Under the pieces are notes generated by a model that worked only from the letters and a program-made list of their open reading frames with translations, searched no databases and was not told the DNA's origin. The translations under genes were made by a program, and so were the position numbers. Shown here piece by piece: positions 61,173 through 64,000 of a stretch of 64,000 nt of DNA. The stretch comes from Dipteris shenzhenensis. Lineage: Eukaryota. The stretch lies in the NCBI GenBank assembly GCA_047967505.1, contig CM106538.1; one strand, given 5' to 3'. Each line of letters begins with the position of its first letter. Position 1 is the stretch's first letter.

Positions 61173-64000
61173 TGATAAAGAGTAATCTTTATTAGAATTG
61201 ACTTCGGTCAAAGAATGGTGAAGTTGGTTAACCAGGAATAAGTTTTATTGTTTCACTTTTGCCCTGCATTGGTAAAAAGAGAACTCTGGGGATGCCCACA
61301 AGGGACTAGAAATAGTCCAAGAACTAGGAATGCATGCATTTTGCTAACCTCTAATGGGTTAAAGTATTGGAACTTGTTTGCGCAATGTGTAGGACCCAAG
61401 AGAGTGCAAAAAGGACTCAAGATTGGGGAGAAAAGCACAAAAAGCAGGTCCCACAAGGCTCTTAAGCAAGGACAAGGGGGCACCTCTTTAAAAGAGGGCC
61501 CACAAGACTAAAAAGGCACCTAAAGCCTCCAATTAAGGAAGAAAAGTCTAAAAGCTGAGCATTTATGAAAAAGTAGCTTTTAGAAAGCATGCCCTAGCTT
61601 TTTGCTAGGCTCAATCTATAAAAGAAAGGCTTTTGGCCTCCTAGATGTATTCAAGATTGTACTCAGTTTTATGCTCTTTCAAGAGCCAGTTGTACAAATA
61701 TTATTCTATTGTAATAAAGACCTTCGAGGGGTTCTAGCCCTTATTTATGGGCCCTAGTGCTGTGTTTTGCTCCTTACCCTTCTCTCCCAGCACTCTATCT
61801 AATTGGCAATTCAACTTCCACAGCTCTAGCACGTGTCGCGAGAAGGGTACGGATTTTCTAGCGCCAGGTTACACATACTACGGTCACACAGTCACTGCTA
61901 TCTTCGAGAAGTAGGATGACCTACTTGCTAGAACAAAAATAGGAAGTGGTAAACTGCGGTCACTGCCACATGATTCTGATGGTACTTGATGCTAAACTGG
62001 TTGATTCACTTTCGATGATATTCTTGTGAATATGTATGGTTTGGATTGTGAACTTGTGTGATATATTCCTAATATACCACGGATTATGGATGGTTTCTTT
62101 CCTGCCAAGACTCTTTTAGAGCTACCAGGATAGATCTGGATAGTCTGCCGTAAGACAAAGTGGGTAAATAATTGAAAGGAACAGGTGTGAAAAGTATGCA
62201 TGGGATGTTTGTCTGCATGCATGAAGTGTTTTTGTGTGTACTCATGATGTACCAATAGTTGTGGGTCTTGAGGGATGGCCATATGAAATTGGGTAGTACA
62301 TCGAGAGAAACATATATGGGTCCTGCGAGATGGCCATATGAAAAAAAAAGGTGCACACTAACTGTATGTCTACATGTATTGAGTGCTTGTGTATGCTCAT
62401 AATGTACCTCGTGCTTTGGGTCCTACAGGATGTCCATGAGAGGATAAATCATCTATGTGGGTCCTATGGGATGGCCATACAAAGCTTCCTGTCTGTCTGA
62501 GCATGTATGTCTACCGTTTGTGGAATGATGGCTGGTCGTGTTTTTGACTAACTGAGGCTATAAGCTTCCACTTGGTTTGAAACTTTTGCTGCAGGTTCTG
62601 ATGGAACAAAGCGTAAAGTTCGGTGCAAACGGGGACCTTTGCAATTTTTCAAGAGGGGCTGTCACCGGGGACATGAATTTCTAAGCTTTAGGAATTTACG
62701 GCGACTACCCTAGCCTCCAACTGATTAAAACGGTTCAAAGGACACTTCAGTGCAGTTAATTCCATGGGCCAAGGCAAGGGACTGAAGGTTAGAGAGGGGT
62801 AAAAATCCCTTTCGCTAAAAATAGCTCCAGGAGCCACGTTTGGCTAGCAGGCTTGGAAAGCAAGCAGTAAAGTAGAAATTTGCTTTCAGGGCTGTTTTCG
62901 GGACCACAGAAGAACAGGGAGAGGCAAGTCCTAGGCTGGGAAAGTGCTCTAGAGCTATTCTATTACATCACTTTGCTGATTTTTGACTACCTGGACAATC
63001 CGTGGGCTGCCAGAAGTTTGTGCTAGGAGCCTCCAGATCAGTTCGTTTTCGCTGCATGCCTACTGTTCATGCCTTCCCAGAGGCCCAAATCTAATTCACA
63101 CTTCTTCTAGGAGCTTTCTAGGCCAGATGCCTATCAAAATTGCACTTTTCCAGGCAGTTTGGAGCTTCCAAGCAATTCGATCTGCTTCCAGACTTGGCGA
63201 TTCTGTTCCAACAAGTCTTCCAGGGTTGCTGTTGCTAATTTTCATATGCTAGGGTGATAGAGATCTTGCCAGGGAATTTCGTTTTTTCTTGCTGGCTGTT
63301 TTTCCCAAGGTTTTAAGAGCTTTCCTGTCGGTTGATTGCTTTCGGGGGGCTTTCCTGCTGCCTTAGAACCTTTAGATCCTTTTGCTTTGCGCAGCTGGCC
63401 TTTTTGTTTGCCAGGAAGAGTGAGGTGTGGTTGTTTTGCTGGCTTCTGTCTTGCTAGGGCTCCCTTGACGGGTATTCAAAGCGACCCAAGGCAGATAGGG
63501 CTGATGCTCCTGCCAAGACTCCCCTAGTGGGTATCAGAGCTGCCAGGTTAGAACCCTCAGCCAGATTCGGATGAAGGGCCGCTATGGAATGTTGCACTGG
63601 ACTAGGATGCCTTTTCAGTGATTGCAGAGCATGACAGAAGTGCGTGTGATCAGATTATTCAGTTGGCTATGTGTGGACTGATGCACTGCAGTGCGATTCT
63701 TGTACTTGCATGACTTTCTGAATAAAAGATAAAGAAATACCGAAAGGGGCGCTAAGTTTAGGGCCAATCTGATGTGCGGTGCAACACGGGGGTGATCTAG
63801 ATGTCGGGTGTTGTGTTCTAAGTTGATTATGCTTGCTGTGGAAAGTTCTAAGTGGCTGTAAATTGAGTATTTGCTGGCTGTTATCTGTTCACTGCCCTTT
63901 GGGAATTGTGAAGGTGCATCTACTTTTGGGGAGGAGAAGAAGAAAAAGAGATGTAACTATTGCAGGAAACTTGGGCATGATATCACTGAGTGCAGGAAGA
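61173..64000 (+). mobile_element. 5' portion of an LTR retrotransposon (long LTR, PBS, gag zinc knuckle), running off the window
   Basis: TG start at 61173, CTATAAAAG near 61616, tRNA-iMet PBS-like GGTATCAGAGC at 63530, and CNYCRKLGHDITEC at ~63952-63993. Confidence 0.65.

Overview
Eukaryotic (land-plant) genomic DNA dominated by nested, mostly decayed transposons. A large-genome non-angiosperm such as a fern is plausible, but that is only inference. Two host genes are supported, both on the minus strand: a complete four-exon PAR1-family (photoassimilate-responsive) gene at 39274-40222, and the last five coding exons of an omega-amidase (NIT2/NLP3-type) gene at 53647-54527, whose upstream intron is longer than 9 kb and filled with TEs. 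Mobile elements include one young, near-intact Ty1/copia element (23792-29276; 298-bp LTRs, CATGT TSD, one frameshift) nested in an older copia, which itself interrupts a Helitron Rep gene. Also present are a decayed Ty3/gypsy element, a LINE endonuclease fragment, several copia remnants, and two copies of a 245-247-bp MITE with 8-bp TSDs. The most unusual object is at 1759-11310: a spliced, stop-free ~808-codon gene with a ParB/Sulfiredoxin-like motif and a C-terminus laid out like a degenerate, truncated beta-class N4/N6 DNA methyltransferase. It abuts a 6.7-kb modular satellite built on a palindrome (AGAATGGCACTAGTGCCATTCT) that also occurs in the gene's own intron. All domain calls are by eye; no searches were run.
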